DNA of 63,764 nt, counting the filler, from Guillardia theta CCMP2712 (lineage: Eukaryota; Protista; Cryptophyta): NCBI RefSeq assembly GCF_000315625.1. It is 6 parts of 6 records of this genome, joined end to end, with 100 filler letters (N's around TTAATTAATTAA, not from the genome) between each part and the next. Parts side by side here need not be neighbours in the genome. Positions count along the whole stretch, not along the records: positions 17,858 to 45,699 come from NW_005434535.1; positions 45,800 to 50,271 come from NW_005434506.1; positions 50,372 to 57,005 come from NW_005434367.1; 3 more parts are not named here. The stretch is one strand, 5' to 3'. A program made the position numbers and the translations under genes. The notes below the pieces were generated by a model that worked only from the letters and a program-made list of their open reading frames with translations, did not search any database and was not told the DNA's origin. Positions within the stretch are counted from its first letter, which is position 1. Every line of letters starts with the position of its first letter. This document shows positions 39,361 through 51,405 of the stretch, piece by piece.

Positions 39361-41032
39361 TTGAGTAACGAGATAATCGAACAATCCTCGGAAACAGATG
39401 ACCTTCAGGGCAGTTGCTCACCAGGGTCAAACTCCTCGTCAGTCCTGTGCGACTCAGCAATACCTTTCACTCCCTCTAAACCTTCCCGTCGCGTCACACG
39501 CTCGTTGGCTGCTCGCGACGATGAAGATGATGACGATGCTCTTCCACTGCGAAAGCGCAGACGCCATGACCATGCAGCTCTGTCCAGCTCTGCGACTGCT
39601 TCGCCAGATCCCGAAGCCTCAAGCAGTGACGAAGAAGAGGACGTGGTTCAGCAACAGGAGAGCGATGAAGAAGGTGATGACGCACGGGTGCCGCTGAGCA
39701 TGGCAGCTGCCGAAGAACAGGTGCAGCCGCGGATGCATCATGCATCCAGGATCGCAATCGATGCACCCGAGAGTCAACTGGTGGAGACCATCAGCAGCTC
39801 TGGTTCCCCAAGGACGACGTCACATCGGCGGAAAAGCGCAAGCGGTATCATTTCGATTTCCGGCAGGCGCTGCTGTGTGTGATTCGCAAGTTCAAGTCCC
39901 GCGGCGCGGGTCAACGGCCGCTGGAGGAGCGACTTCGATCCTTCCCCGGACGGCGACATGCCCGAGATCATCGCAGGTGTCACGCAGAACGGCAAGACGC
40001 TGATCAAGGTCCTCGCCATCGTCGTGGGGCACCTGCTGGGCGTCTGTTCCATCATCATCTCCACCACCAAGAAGTGCCGCGGACTCCCTCAGAAACAAGA
40101 TCGACTGAGAAGTACCTCTATCGTGACCTGCATCCAAAGCTCCAACCCAACATCAAACTGGCACATCAGCGAGCTCGACGAACACGGGTATGGGCCCCAG
40201 CCCATGTGCAACTTCCTCCGGAAGCATGGCTGTCTTTTCATCAACGACACCTCCAGGCAGATCTCCAACGCCTCTCGCACGATTGATAAGGCTCGTGCCC
40301 TCTTCCAGCTCATCCTGGATGAAGCTGACTCGTACTATCGCCGCAGCTCCAACCCCATCCAGCTCGAGCTGGCACTCGAAAACATCCAGGCCAAGATCAG
40401 ACCTATCTTGCGCTGGAGAGTGTGCGCGACGTTGATGCCTGTCTTCCTTCATCTCAAGGACAAGCAGATGGGCAAGCTCGAGGACAACGGCTTCCAGCAC
40501 GTCACGGTCCTCACGTACCGTCCCCAGGACTTTGACTCGGCGCAGGCCCACCCTCAATGGCTGTCGGAGTTGCTGGAGAAGATCCGAACGCCGCGGCAGC
40601 AGATCGGAGAGGTCACATCGAGCTCCGCGATCTAGACAGACGGAGCGAACGTGACGGCCCGTCAGAACAAGTCTATCGGACAGAGGACGGACAACCTCAT
40701 GCTCGAGACTACGTTCGACAGCGGCTGGGCCCGGCGGCTGTGAGCGCCGGCGGGGCCCGGGGGGTCAACGGTTCCTCGACCGGCTCATCGAGAAGGATGT
40801 TGAGCTGTGCAAGCTGCTTGCCATCGGCATGCAGTACACGGAGACGCGTGAGAACTTCGAGCTGGAGATGAAGCAAGAAACGTACGAGTGGAGGCATGAC
40901 GGCAAGAGATCATGCCGACGCTTTCAACGAGAGCACCGAGAGCTCCGTTCACTGAACCGTGTTGTTCTTTCGGTCCAGGCTATCACCAAACGTCTGAGGA
41001 GACTGGTTGACGCTGGCATGCTCGTTTTCTGA
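39361..41032 (+). pseudogene. Disrupted superfamily-2 helicase-like P-loop gene
   Basis: IIAGVTQNGKT (Walker A), LILDEADS (Walker B) and VCAT (motif III) in ORF 39958-40635; flanking ORFs lie in shifted frames. Confidence 0.6.
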
Positions 41033-41745
41033 CGGATCAAATAACACACCGAAGAACAACTGTTGATCTGGACGACTGTGTGCCACGATTGTTGAGACGT
41101 CTTTGTGTGTATCGTCTTGTCTTGTTTTGTGTGTGTGTGTGAAAGAAATAAAAGAGAGTTAGATCTCCTTCTGTTTCACCGCTTTCCCTCTTAGTAGAGA
41201 AATCCAACGTGAGTTCTTATTGAACTGCGCTTGAAGGTCCACTCGAGAATCTTCGAGGTGTGACATAAAATTGGTAGCGAAGGTTGGTTGGACTGAGAGG
41301 AGTGGTGCAAGTTTGGTTGTGTTTTGAATTGTCGAAGTTCGAACACGGAACCACGTCGACGAGGAGGTGCGGTCCCTTGGCCATAGTTCCCATCATTGTT
41401 CCCCTTTGCAACTGGCGTGTCCTCCAACACCCTTTTGACTGCCGGCTCTTGTCGAGATAACAAAAAATCTGAAGGATTAAACGTATCGCTAATTGATCGG
41501 TGCATACGCGGAATCGTCATGGCAGAGGGAGTTGATGTGCTGGGTTTCTTCAACGGTTGTCCCTCCTCCCCAAATATGCGCTTTTATGGTTTTATTGATT
41601 CTGAACCGTGATGAGGGGGTTGCCTACCAAGACAGGGTCGTGGACTCTCTACTTCCAGATATCCACATCTTCGGCGTCTCTTCGGCAGGGGTAGCCAGAC
41701 GTCGCAGTCGTCCAGCCAAACTTCTTCTTCTTTCCTTCTTCTTCC

Positions 41746-42356
41746 ACATGCCGCGGTCTGCATCTGCGCATGCAGCCTCGGCATGGTGAGCTACAGCGCT
41801 CGGGTCTTCCTTGCGGAAGGGTAGGGGGGTAACCTGCCATGAGGTTTCTTCCGGTAAACCGTCCTTGTTTCCCCTGGTGTACCAAAGACGGTCGGGATAG
41901 GGTATCTTCCATTTCCACTTACTGCTGCCGCTTATGCATCCCGAGCAATACGACAGCAGGAGTCGAGGCGCGGGTCACATGGTGCGACCCTTCTGGAGGA
42001 GCTCCAGATGAGAGCGGCAAGTCTCCGGCGGGGGAGGAGCTCTCGCTCGNNNNNNNNNNNNNNNNNNNNNNNNNNNNNNNNNNNNNNNNNNNNNNNNNNN
42101 NNNNNNNNNNNNNNNNNNNNNNNNNNNNNNNNNNNNNNNNNNNNNNNNNCGTATTGCTCGGGATGCATAAGCGGCAGCAGTAAGTGGAAATGGAAGATAC
42201 CCTATCCCGACCGTCTTTGGTACACCAGGGGAAACAAGGACGGTTTACCGGAAGAAACCTCATGGCAGGTTACCCCCCTACCCTTCCGCAAGGAAGACCC
42301 GAGCGCTGTAGCTCACCATGCCGAGGCTGCATGCGCAGATGCAGACCGCGGCATGT
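41746..42356. repeat. 207-bp inverted repeat around an N gap (41746-41952 vs 42150-42356)
   Basis: Identical ORF translations on opposite strands; the right arm starts at the gap edge. Confidence 0.9.
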
Positions 42357-43700
42357 TTTTGATTCTTTACTCAAAGTTGAGTTAAAAATCATGATCAGTA
42401 CGAGGACAATCCGATCGGATGATCAGGAGAGTCGACTCAGGAGGCAGTAGCCTGTGACGGACACTGCCGGGCAGAACTTCGGAACGTACGGTCGCCTATC
42501 ATGGCAGTGACCCGCCGGTAGTACCGGGCCCGGCCCGGCGAGCCTCGGAGGCTAGTGACCGACGGTACTCGGCGTAGTACCGCCCGGCCCCCGCCCGCGA
42601 GGCTAGTACCCTACCGTACCGTCGGATCAAAGAGGACCCTACCGTCACTGCCATGATAGGCCGCATAGGCTTTTTTAAAGTTATTATCATGGCAGTGACG
42701 GTACTACTAGGCTAGGGTCCTCTTTACTGACGGTAGTCACCCCAGGGCCGATCACTACCCCCTTTTTATCAGATAAAAGTACCGGTGCTTCTCTCCGGCC
42801 CGGACTCCGCCGGGGAGGGAAGGAAGGAACGTTGTAGCAAAAGGATTCAGTGACGGACCGTACCGTTACCGTACGGGAGGGAAGGAAGGAACGTTACAGC
42901 TAAAGGATTGACCGTTACATGGATGCCCAATGGAATTAAAAGGGATTTGATGAATAAACCCTTCGTTTTCGGATTCCCCCGTGCCAATGGAAGAATCGGA
43001 AGGATAGGCGCTCATTGCGTTCCCTTCACTCGCATGCTCTCCACCTCCTCTCTGACAAACATGCCATCAGCAGACGAACACGTTGTCAATAGATCAGCTC
43101 TTCTCTCCCTGTCCTCACTTGACAAAACTCTTCACCTTCAAGCTTCCGTCAGACTGGGACATGGAATGATTCTGACCTTGAGAGACTTGGCGTCCAGCTA
43201 ACCCTGTCATATGCATACATATGTTCTATACACACTTGTTTGACGTCATAGCTCCTCCTCACCTTCAAAAGAGAAAAGCAAAAAAATGTTGCATCAGCGA
43301 GTAACGCAGTGTTTGACTCCCAGGTTGATGAAAAGAATCCGGTTGGCCTGCAAGCCATGCAAGGACGCGAGGCTCAAGTGCGACAACTTACAGCCTTGCT
43401 CACGGTGAGGATGAAGGACGGGGTGGAGCTGATTCAGAGGAAGAGGGGGAGGAGGAGTGGGTGGTGGAGGTGGTGGAGCAGGAGGTGTGGGGGGCTGTGA
43501 GGAGTAGGAGTGGGGGCGAGGGAAGAACGGGAGGTGGGGATGGCGTGTAGTCTTGGCGTATGTGTGTGCAGTTGGTCTGCTAGTCTAGACCGCCTGGTCT
43601 CATGTCACCTCCTCGTCTTGAGACGGGCGTGTTTCTGATGTCTCTCTTTGATCGACTCAGATGCACTCGGCTGAACATCGGAGAGAGCTGCATCAGGACG

Positions 43701-45281
43701 ATGGAGGAGAAGGAGGAGAGGAGGAGAGGTTGCAACTCGTGTATCACTTGCAAGATCGCCAAAGCAAAATGCGACGAGGGTCGCCCATGCGGGCGTTGCA
43801 AGCGTCTTAGGCGGGACTCGAGATGCATATATGAGGAGCTACAGCCCATTCAACCGCGCAGGCTGGATGAAAAGGAGCAAGAGGAGGAAGCAATCGAAGA
43901 GCAAGAAACGAGGCACTTGAGGAAGAACAAAAAGCAGAACTCTATGCCGTCTGAGCATGAGGCTATCGCAGAAGGGCAGGCGCAGGAGATCCAAGACGTC
44001 CAGCAGCTCTCTCTCCCTCCTGACCATCCCGCCAGGTGGCAGCAGCTGCAGGTAGAGAGGCCGATCGACTTCTGGATACGCAGCCTCTCCTTCGACAGGC
44101 CGTCCCTGCTGCGCGAGCATATGAACTCCATGGGCTGGCCGGACCGAGTGCTGGCCCGACATTGGGAGTTCGGCTTCAGCTCCAAGGAGCTGATGAACAT
44201 CTTCGTCTCGCTTCCTCCTTACCTGCAGCAGGTGACGCGACGAGCTCTGCATGCGATCGAGATCATCATGGCGGACAAGATGGAGAAGAAAGCTCGGACT
44301 CCGCAAGCGAAGCTGCTGATGGAGAGCGAGACGGTATCGGAGCAAGACCTGGAGCTAGAGAAGGCGTTCTACGAGCAGCAGAGCTTCGGGGTGATCAAGC
44401 AGCATCTGCATCCATCTACGGGGAAGCGGGCGCATGTGTACATATCGGATATCCTGTGCAAAATCATCGGGCTACATGCGGAGGAGGCGCTGGCGAGGAT
44501 CGCGAACAGGGAGCTGTCGCTGATCACGACGGAGTTCGGCTACTTGTGCTACGTGATGTTCGGGACCTGGTTGTATGCGACGAGCCCGGGGCGTCCATTC
44601 AGTCTCGTGGGCTGTATCCGAGATCTAGGGAGCAGCGGAGATACAGGCTGCGTGGTGACGAGGTTTGTGCAGCAGCAGGAGTTCGACTGCCATGGGCGGG
44701 TGAGGTCGATGAAGACGTACATGCTGCCGGTGAGACTTGCATGGGTGGGTGGGGGGGGAGGGGAAGGGGAGGGGAGGGGGGGCGGGGCGGGGAGCTCAGA
44801 AGAGAAGAGGAGAGAGAGGAGGGAGGCAGGGAGGCTGACTGGAAAGCTGCAGCTGGACAAGGAAGGCTTCAAAGCCTCGGCGGAGCCTCCGGACAGTCCT
44901 TTCGCTCTGTTCAACAAGCACATGACTGGCCAAAGAGACTACGAGACGTTGATGAACGACTTCGAGTCCGACATGTTCGCGGTGAGCAGGAGAGGCTGGC
45001 TGCTTGCTGTAGCGACTGACGGTGGGAGGGGGCAGGGGGAGACGATCTTGGGGATGCAGAAGTCGAAGCAGGGGATGGAGCGGCTAGAGGCGCTTGGGAG
45101 GGACCTGGAGCGGATGTACCATCCGTTTGTGGAGCATGCAGAGAGGATCCTGCAGGAGAAGTCGCCTGGGGGGCGAGTAGGAACGCTGGCTGGGTCTCTA
45201 GGCCCGTTAGTGTCTGGGAGCTCCGGAGGGCCTTTCGGACTGGGGACGGTGTCAGGTCAGCAGACGGTCACTGGGTTGTAG
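43701..45281 (+). CDS. Zn(2)-Cys(6) GAL4-type transcription factor; further 5' exons from about 43060 possible, introns near 44730-44830 and 44982-45036
   Basis: SCITCKIAKAKCDEGRPCGRCKRLRRDSRC fits Cx2Cx6Cx5Cx2Cx8C. Confidence 0.88.
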   Translation: MEEKEERRRGCNSCITCKIAKAKCDEGRPCGRCKRLRRDSRCIYEELQPIQPRRLDEKEQEEEAIEEQETRHLRKNKKQNSMPSEHEAIAEGQAQEIQDVQQLSLPPDHPARWQQLQVERPIDFWIRSLSFDRPSLLREHMNSMGWPDRVLARHWEFGFSSKELMNIFVSLPPYLQQVTRRALHAIEIIMADKMEKKARTPQAKLLMESETVSEQDLELEKAFYEQQSFGVIKQHLHPSTGKRAHVYISDILCKIIGLHAEEALARIANRELSLITTEFGYLCYVMFGTWLYATSPGRPFSLVGCIRDLGSSGDTGCVVTRFVQQQEFDCHGRVRSMKTYMLPVRLAWVGGGGGEGEGRGGGAGSSEEKRRERREAGRLTGKLQLDKEGFKASAEPPDSPFALFNKHMTGQRDYETLMNDFESDMFAVSRRGWLLAVATDGGRGQGETILGMQKSKQGMERLEALGRDLERMYHPFVEHAERILQEKSPGGRVGTLAGSLGPLVSGSSGGPFGLGTVSGQQTVTGL

Positions 45282-45799
45282 ACTAGTAGCGGCTCTTCCG
45301 GTCGGAAGCTTTTTTGTTTCCTGACCGCTAGTAAACTCAGTTATCAGTATCATACTGCCACCGATTGAGACCCGGGGTGACACTGAGTTCAGGGGCCCGC
45401 CGGGCCCGGTCTCAGTTTACTTGAACTCCGGCCCTGGAGGCCACGGCACTGCGGCAGTAACTGATCCGTGGCATTTCAAAGTTATTAGCCTGGTGACTTT
45501 AACTTCAAGCTGCACCGGGACTTCAACAACCTGCGGCACTGGCAGGGACTGCGCGGCCAGTCACCCATTTGAACGCCCTGCCGGGGCCCGCCGGGGACCC
45601 GGCAAGTGGGCCGCGTCGCCGCCGTGTGCTGGGGCGGGCCCAGGCCCAGCCTGTGACTATTCAGCGAGGCCGCCGATGATCACGGTAACCCCCCCCCCGN
45701 NNNNNNNNNNNNNNNNNNNNNNNNNNNNNNNNNNNNNNNNNNNTTAATTAATTAANNNNNNNNNNNNNNNNNNNNNNNNNNNNNNNNNNNNNNNNNNNN

Positions 45800-46600
45800 G
45801 AGCCGGGCCGAACGTCCGAACGCTGCATTGGTTACAAAATTCACGTCTTCAACGCCAGTCACTCCCACTACCAATTCAACATCATTGCTGGTGGCGCCTG
45901 CTTGTTCACCTTCAACGTCATCATCCATCTCATCATCATGTTCATCTTCATACGAAGCATGCGCCTGTGATGGACCTGCTTCCTCTTCGGCTTCATCATC
46001 GACTTCCATGTCATCGCCATTGATCTGCATATTTGGGTGAGTGCCCTTCTTCATGCGCTTCGCTTTTGATTGCTTGATCTTGTCCCTGACCCGCTCCTTT
46101 TGCGACAAATAACCGAAGAATGCTACTAATGCATCGTATGGCAATGGCAAAATAAGGTCGTCCAAGGTTTCATTCAGAGCTGCATGATATCGTGGGTGAG
46201 ACCTGAAAAAAGCTATGATAGCATGAATGCGGTATGCGTAGTTCCTCTGCGTACTAAGACTGACCACTTTTGACTGCAATTCTCGAAATGCCTGGATGTT
46301 CAAATCAAGTCCCCCTGAACCAATGACTCTGCGATCCTGGAAGACACGCAATAATTCTTCGTCAGTGCGAGCACTGACCCGCCGTTTATTCGAAGGTGTT
46401 CTTTGAGTCACGGTGTTGTTATGGGCTCCTTGGTTGCATTGCCCACAATAGTTCATATCATCTGTGCCTTTCAGAGTACTAGCACAAAGATGATGAAAGG
46501 GTTTGTTGCAATACTGGCAGACTTTCAACTGAGCCTCAGGTTGCCCTCGCATAACACATGAGGCTTCATACAAGCATGTCTGCCCAGCCGGTGCCGACAT
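45800..46600 (-). CDS. Crypton-type tyrosine recombinase, N-terminal part (PHD-like finger plus core-binding domain), cut by linker
   Basis: C..C..CQYCNKPFHHLC..YCGQC, then SLSTQRNYAYRIHAIIAFF..LPLPYDALVAFFGYL, resembling the ST..nY integrase N-domain. Confidence 0.6.
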
Positions 46601-48489
46601 TGTTTGCCACGATGCAAACGTTCTCCGTGACTCGATATGTATACTTGCAATTGTGGTGGAATCTGTGAGATTCTGTGTCCCTGGCAGGGTTCACTCTGAT
46701 GATTGTGATAGCAACGAGGAAAGATGCCCAGTCTTCCCCTTGTTTGATCGCTTCGGCTTCTACAATGGCAAGTGGGGTGCATCCACACCCGGTAGTGTGC
46801 GACCCCATGGCTTGCCGACCAGCAATATCTCCCGGCTGTACCCCTTAGTACCCTATGGGATTGAGTGTCAGTAAACGGGTGCCGTGGTACCCTACCCATC
46901 TTGCGATGTAACGTATACCACCCCCCACCCATCTCCAGGCTTTCGTGCTCTACATTACTTCTTAAATTAAAATTGTTATGTGTCACTACTCGTAGTACTT
47001 AACGTTGTACCAAAGTCTTGCAATTTAAAATTTGAATGTAGAAGTTGTAAAAATTTCGCTCCATTGATTGGCTAAATCGTGCAGATAGCTGTGCGAAAGA
47101 ATTGGGTGTTGAAGGACCGGGTCATTTGTCACATTTTAAATCTCCCCTCACCAGCGCCCTTTTTTTTGCTTGATTTTTGAGTTCAAATTTAAGGCCACCA
47201 AATAAATAACCGTTGTCTATAACATTTTTGAATAAATCAATACATGTTTTTTTTTGGGTTTTTCCTCGCGCCCTAGCGCCCAACATAAAAGCATTGAGCT
47301 CATAAGGGCGCTAACTTAAAAAGGGTTATACTTCACGAAAAAAAAAGAGGCGCATTTTATTACTGTTGTAGGACGTATTTACTGGTACAAAAGGACTGTA
47401 CCGGATATCCAGAGATTCCACTCAAGTTCCACGACAATCATGGTACACATGCCTGGTACAAATTTGTACCAGGTCTTTCACACTTAGCCATTTCGGCGTT
47501 GCTTTCATGGCGGATCGTTGCGGTTGCGCATTCGCCTTGGTCAGGTACTTGTGGGCGTCGGAACACCTCCTCACCCATCACATGACCCCTGAATCCAGGC
47601 TCCCGATCTTCCCTCCAAGTATCAAGACGACAGCTCAAATTCAAGGTTGACTTGCCTTTGAAGTCCGATAGTGCTCAAGTCGCACATGCTGGCTTTGCTC
47701 ATGGTTTGACTGTCCCGTCTCGGACTTGCACTGAACCGTCACAGCCTTGCACTCCAGTGTGCAGACAATTCACTGATGGTGGTGGGAACGTTGTCATCAC
47801 GTTGTCATCACTCATCAATATGCAGCATCTAGATGTGGTCAATGCCAAAGAAGTAACATCTCTCCAATCATGATAAACCCCTGAGCTTCAAACTCCATTT
47901 CACCCCTCATTCGCCCCCATGATCATGAATCTGTACCTCATTTGCCCCCATGATCATGAACCTGTAACACCTGACGATATGCATTACTGTGGAATATGGT
48001 TGACACGCAACGTTCCTTTTGGAACATAACTGACCCTGAATCCAGCTTGGCATCAGTGCATGAAAATCCATAATGCCGTACATGACAATATGCACTCCAC
48101 AGATCATGTTTAGCTTGTCATCAAGACAGTGATTCATGCGAATGTCTCCTCCATCACCATCCATCACCAACATGCCAGATGGCAGCTGATGCCACGGCAT
48201 CTCACAACCTCAACTCCAACAAAGCATACTCCGGCATCCCTTCCCTGTCACATTATCCACCATCCCCTTGATTTGCAGTGCAGTATGATACCTGATCAAC
48301 TGCATTGTCTGTTGCTCTCATTGTCATCATCATCCCAAAAAGTACCCTTGAGTATATCACAACCTACCATCGCTTTGGCATCGTAGCGAGACTCATTCTT
48401 TCCAACATTCCATTTCCACATGAGGGCTTAACACAGATGTATCAACTCAACAATGATTTCATTCAGGAACGAACTGTAAATTCTCTACA

Positions 48490-50217
48490 CTACGTGCTCT
48501 GGAGAATGTCTGCATACGTCCTTTGTCCACTCTCACTATTTCTATTCGCCTCTACCTGATGGTCTTCAACTGCCAGTGACATCTCAATACGAACCTGCTG
48601 GCGATATTCCACCAAGTGCTTGTAGTATGTGATGTATGAGTATTGCGAGTACCTCTTTCTCTGTGCCATCGCCGTCCATGCATCATCTCCGTACGCCCTT
48701 TCCACTAGCGTACGGAAACCTGTTCTGTAACACTGACAGAAGTTGTGAGGCATAATCCCCTCATTTCCTTGCAGTACTCCTTGCTCTCGGCATATATTTT
48801 CCACCATGGTCATCACAAGATATGCTTTGTATACATTCTTCCTCGTGTTCTCATCCTTCACGTCTGCGGAGAAAGGAACCTGACTGAGGTGCTTTAAGGG
48901 CCGAATCCTCCTCACTTGTCCTTCCACGATGACATCTTGCCCCAAATTCCACCACATGAACATATTTCGAACTCTGCACCGCAAAGGAAATCGCCAAGCC
49001 AACGGGACCATGTGTCTGCCAGGCCCCCATCCTTCCCATTCGAAGTCATCCCCTCCAACTTGTATCTCACCGTTGCCATCATCCCCCAGTCCTGGTGATG
49101 AAACCAGCACCGCATTCCTCTCCGGTGTCCCCTCCCTGCTCACTTCTGCACCTTCCTCCGATTCACTCTCATTCAATCTTCCATTCGAGTCAGCATCTGC
49201 CATCACGTTGCTCACCCCATGTGCCATCATGACATGGCCTGCTCCACCCAGTACCATCTGTCGCATAGCTTCACCCACGGCGGCCTGCACCTGCTCCCCT
49301 ATATTGCCCATCTGCTGCACCTGTTGTCCTATATTGGCAACCTGTTGCATGACGATGCGGAAAGCATCTGTGAAGTCCATGCTTCCAGATGTAACCTGCC
49401 CTCCACTGGGACCTCGTACATCCCTCATCCATCCAGCAACAAAACCTAAATTCGTTCGCAGTTCGTCCCTGATCACAGTTTTGAAATCGTCAAACTTGTG
49501 GTCCAGTTCTTTCATCTTCTCCTCGATTACCTTCATCTTCTCATCCATCTTCCCCTCCATTACCTTCATCTTCTCATCCATCTTCCCCTCCATTACCTTC
49601 ATCTTCTCATCCATCTTCTCCTCGATTACCTTCATCTCCTCCTTGATGGCATCTCGCACTTCAACCCTCATCTCTTTCATGCCTTTCAATATTTCTGTCT
49701 TGGTTGGAGTACCACTAGCTGACATGCCGCAATCGGTACACCTGTGCGAAGACACGATGATATGCTCTCGCAAGGACATCAGCCTTGCCATACTGCCTTG
49801 TCCAAACATTCCGAACATCGGCATGCCCCATATGTCATCGTTGCTGTGCGGAAACCATTCCTGTAGAGTTGGAAGGTGCCATAAGATACTTGCAAGGAAG
49901 AAGCGGATACACTTTTGAAATCCTGCCGGGAAACTGCCGTAACCTGATATGAACCTCTCCCATCCGATCTCTTCTATTTGCTTCAATCCTTCCGTTGTGA
50001 AGTGGGGTGGAAGTACAGCAAAGTCTGCCGTTCCGCTGTCGTTGCCAGCAAGAATCCTGCCTGCGAACTGGTCTCCACCCGTTCCACCAAGGATATAGCG
50101 ATCCTGCGTCTCTCCTGCCACATTTTTACTTGTTATCCCTGTTCCGCGATTTCATAGCACACATACCTATCTTCCAGTTGGCTCGGATATACACTGTTGG
50201 AGCTCCTGGCAACAGTC
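48490..50217 (-). CDS. Crypton-type tyrosine recombinase, C-terminal part with catalytic Tyr and a GCR1_C-like tail; 52-nt intron 50166-50115
   Basis: Splicing gives PTVYIRANWKIG|ETQDRYILGGTGGDQFAGRILAG (Crypton R.gW..g...drY....GDq..GR..aG). It also has a 33-bp repeat coiled coil (MKVMEGKMDEK) and C-terminal FP..VRNMFMWWNLG..IRPLKHL. Confidence 0.82.
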
Positions 50218-50371
50218 CTGTCACTAACAATAAGTTTTACACTGGCTCCCTAACGTATCTTACAGTGCTTGNNNNNNNNNNNNNNNNNNNNNNNNNNNNN
50301 NNNNNNNNNNNNNNNTTAATTAATTAANNNNNNNNNNNNNNNNNNNNNNNNNNNNNNNNNNNNNNNNNNNN

Positions 50372-51004
50372 TTTCTCCCAGGGGGGAGGAAACCCTCCCC
50401 TTAACCCCCCTGTTTCTCGACGGGATCCTGCCGGTCGGGCCGGTCAGTAGACCGACTGCAACCTTTCAGCCCCCGCCTCAGACCCCCATGGAGGCCCGCC
50501 AGGAGGCTAAGTGTCCGGAGATTGGCCGGGGGCCTGATCTCTCCGGGCGGCCGTGACCGGTCAGCGGACCGTGTCAGCAGGCCCGTGACATGTCAGCCGG
50601 CTGACAGGGGCCGTGACCCGGCTGACAGGCTCACCTGACCGGTCACGTGACACATCACGTGACCGAGACAAGACTTTTTTATATCGCAGATCCAAAAACC
50701 CATAGGACATTTCTCCCAGGGGGAAGAAAACCTCCCTTGACCCCCCTGTTTCTCGACGGATCCTGCCGGCCGGGCCCGTCAGTAGACCGACTGCAGCCTT
50801 CAGCCCCGCCTCAGACCCCCTGGAGGCCCGCCAGGAGGCTAAGTGTCCGGAGATTGGCCGGGGGCCTGATCTCTCCGGGCGGCCGTGACCGGTCAGCGGA
50901 CCGTGTCAGCAGGCCCGTGACATGTCAGCCGGCTGACAGGGGCCGTGACCCGGCTGACAGGCTCACCTGACCGGTCACGTGACACATCACGTGATCGAGA
51001 CAAG
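50372..51004 (+). repeat. 332-bp tandem repeat, left part (partial unit plus unit 50674-51004)
   Basis: Near-identical to the units at 56033-56905. Confidence 0.95.
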
Positions 51005-51405
51005 CATTCCATGGCATTTACTAATGCCCGTCCGTTGTTGTTTTCGAATGGGGTCTTTGGGCCCTTGATTTTTCATCCGCGTTGCCGTTGAAATTTTGTA
51101 CCGTAAGTTTTGAACTGCCTTGAAATCCTGATATGTTTTCATCATTCCTGCAAGCTGTTTTATTCTTATATGAGTTGTTTATCAATGAACTTTATCATTT
51201 TCATTTTTGAAAAGGTTGTTGTTCGGCTACACGCCTTTACACGCGGGCCGCTAGAGGTCGGATCTTCAATTCAAACATCATGCCCCCCCGGCCACTGAGC
51301 TGATCATATCCAGATTTCTCTTCCTCTGCCCGTCGCTATGCCATGCATCATGTGTAGGATTTTCCGCTCTTCCGTTCACTCGAGTTTCAAGTGACAACTA
51401 TAAAC

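Noticed and set aside
47440-47900. Hammerhead ribozyme or structured RNA in the Crypton spacer
   Set aside because: Small hairpins only; no CUGANGA..GAAA core could be assembled by eye.
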